Assembly: GCA_036574215.1 (NCBI GenBank)
Contig: JAINCR010000077.1
Span: forward strand, 1-60,429
Reading direction: 5' to 3'
DNA length: 60,429 bases
From: Caldisericaceae bacterium
GTDB taxonomy: Bacteria; Caldisericota; Caldisericia; Caldisericales; Caldisericaceae
Both the position numbers and the translations under genes were made by a program. The notes beneath the pieces are model-generated. The model was not told the origin of the DNA, ran no database searches, and was given only the letters and a program-made list of their open reading frames with translations. Positions 59,404 through 60,429 of this stretch are shown piece by piece. The stretch's first letter is position 1, and each line of letters starts with the position of its first letter.

Positions 59404-60429
59404 AGGTCTTGCAAATATCGTAATTGTTTTAACTTGCCTTGCAATCATTTTTGACTCCCTTGTTTTACTTTCGGGACAAGAGAATCCAACATCAACCGTT
59501 CTTAGGGCAAAATTCATTGAAGTATCAAAGAAATACAATATTCCATCGGTTATACTTATGGGTATTGCCTATACGGAATCAGGCTTTAGACAGTTTGATT
59601 TAAGTGGTAATCCTATAATCCACACAAATAGCAATGGTTCAATTGATATTGGTATCATGCAGATTAATTCTACAGGTCGCTCTGACATTGAGCGATTAAA
59701 AAATGATGTATTTTACAATATTGAAGTTGGAGCAAAAATTTTAGATAACAAATGGAAAATTACACCCCCAATTGGTGATTCTGATAGAAACATTTTAGAA
59801 AATTGGTACTATGCAATTTGGGCATACAACGGCTTTTCTTATATAAATCATCCGTTAAATCCAGAAGGTAGGCACTACCAAGATAAAGTTATTGATAACA
59901 TTGCAAAACTTATCATAGGTGATGATGGGCAACCTCTATGGGCACCTGTTACCATAACAAAACCAGACCCTAAACTAATTGCTAATCCTCCTCAGTATAT
60001 TGATACGCCTACTCCATACCATTTTGCCGACCTTTATGAGAACCTAACCGATAATGCAAGGATTATACAGGCAAATACAGGATTAAAGTTCTCTACAAAA
60101 CATGAAGCGCATATCCAGTTTCTCGTGCAAAACGTAGGCACTTCAACTTGGACTTCTACCATATTCTCTAAGCCTTACTCTGCTAAAGTCACATTAACTA
60201 ACGGCTCTATTAAAGTAGAGAAAACTTTTCCCATCACAAGGAATGTGCAACCTGGAGAGGTTTTATTGCTTGATTTTCCAATCTCTATAAGCGTTCAAGG
60301 GAATTACCAAGCAACCCTTGAGTTTTTTAACGAGGATAATTCTTTTGGCCAAAAAGTTTTAACAAGTTTTACTTTTGATGATTTTGATATAGAAGATTTA
60401 AATTCAACTAATTTAGAAGTTTCAAACTA
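59393..60429 (+). CDS. Secreted lytic transglycosylase (SLT) domain protein, truncated by the window end (absent from the ORF track)
   Basis: Translated by hand: MKRRGLANIVIVL..., IAYTESG (catalytic ES), GIMQIN, YNIEVGAKIL, WAYNG; GAGGAG RBS. Confidence 0.85.
   Translation, partial: MKRRGLANIVIVLTCLAIIFDSLVLLSGQENPTSTVLRAKFIEVSKKYNIPSVILMGIAYTESGFRQFDLSGNPIIHTNSNGSIDIGIMQINSTGRSDIERLKNDVFYNIEVGAKILDNKWKITPPIGDSDRNILENWYYAIWAYNGFSYINHPLNPEGRHYQDKVIDNIAKLIIGDDGQPLWAPVTITKPDPKLIANPPQYIDTPTPYHFADLYENLTDNARIIQANTGLKFSTKHEAHIQFLVQNVGTSTWTSTIFSKPYSAKVTLTNGSIKVEKTFPITRNVQPGEVLLLDFPISISVQGNYQATLEFFNEDNSFGQKVLTSFTFDDFDIEDLNSTNLEVSN

Overview
AT-rich, very compact bacterial chromosome segment. The gene content (SLH and copper-amine-oxidase-N surface proteins, WtpABC, Vor/Buk/Ptb) fits a thermophilic anaerobe, possibly Caldisericum-like; this is inference only. 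Core content: ptb, wtpABC, a beta-CASP nuclease, a long tightly coupled run rpmH-rnpA-yidD-yidC-jag-mnmE-panG/B/C/D-tldD/E-pfk-DUF4388-small GTPase, nucleoside and polar amino-acid ABC transporters, moaD/E, mnmG, gpmA, buk-ATPase-vor, sbcD and a truncated lytic transglycosylase. Accessory content: a spherulin-4(GH135)-GH12 fusion enzyme and a 4201-aa DUF11-repeat SLH-anchored surface protein. Most notable non-coding signals: (1) a dense DnaA-box cluster at 50.7-50.9 kb with no dnaA in the window; (2) it lies inside a 5.44-kb segment bracketed by ~96% identical 240-bp direct repeats; (3) those repeats belong to a modular GTCATYCTGAG...GAAGRATCT REP-like family that recurs in most large intergenic gaps. 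No rRNA, tRNA, CRISPR array or transposase was recognised.
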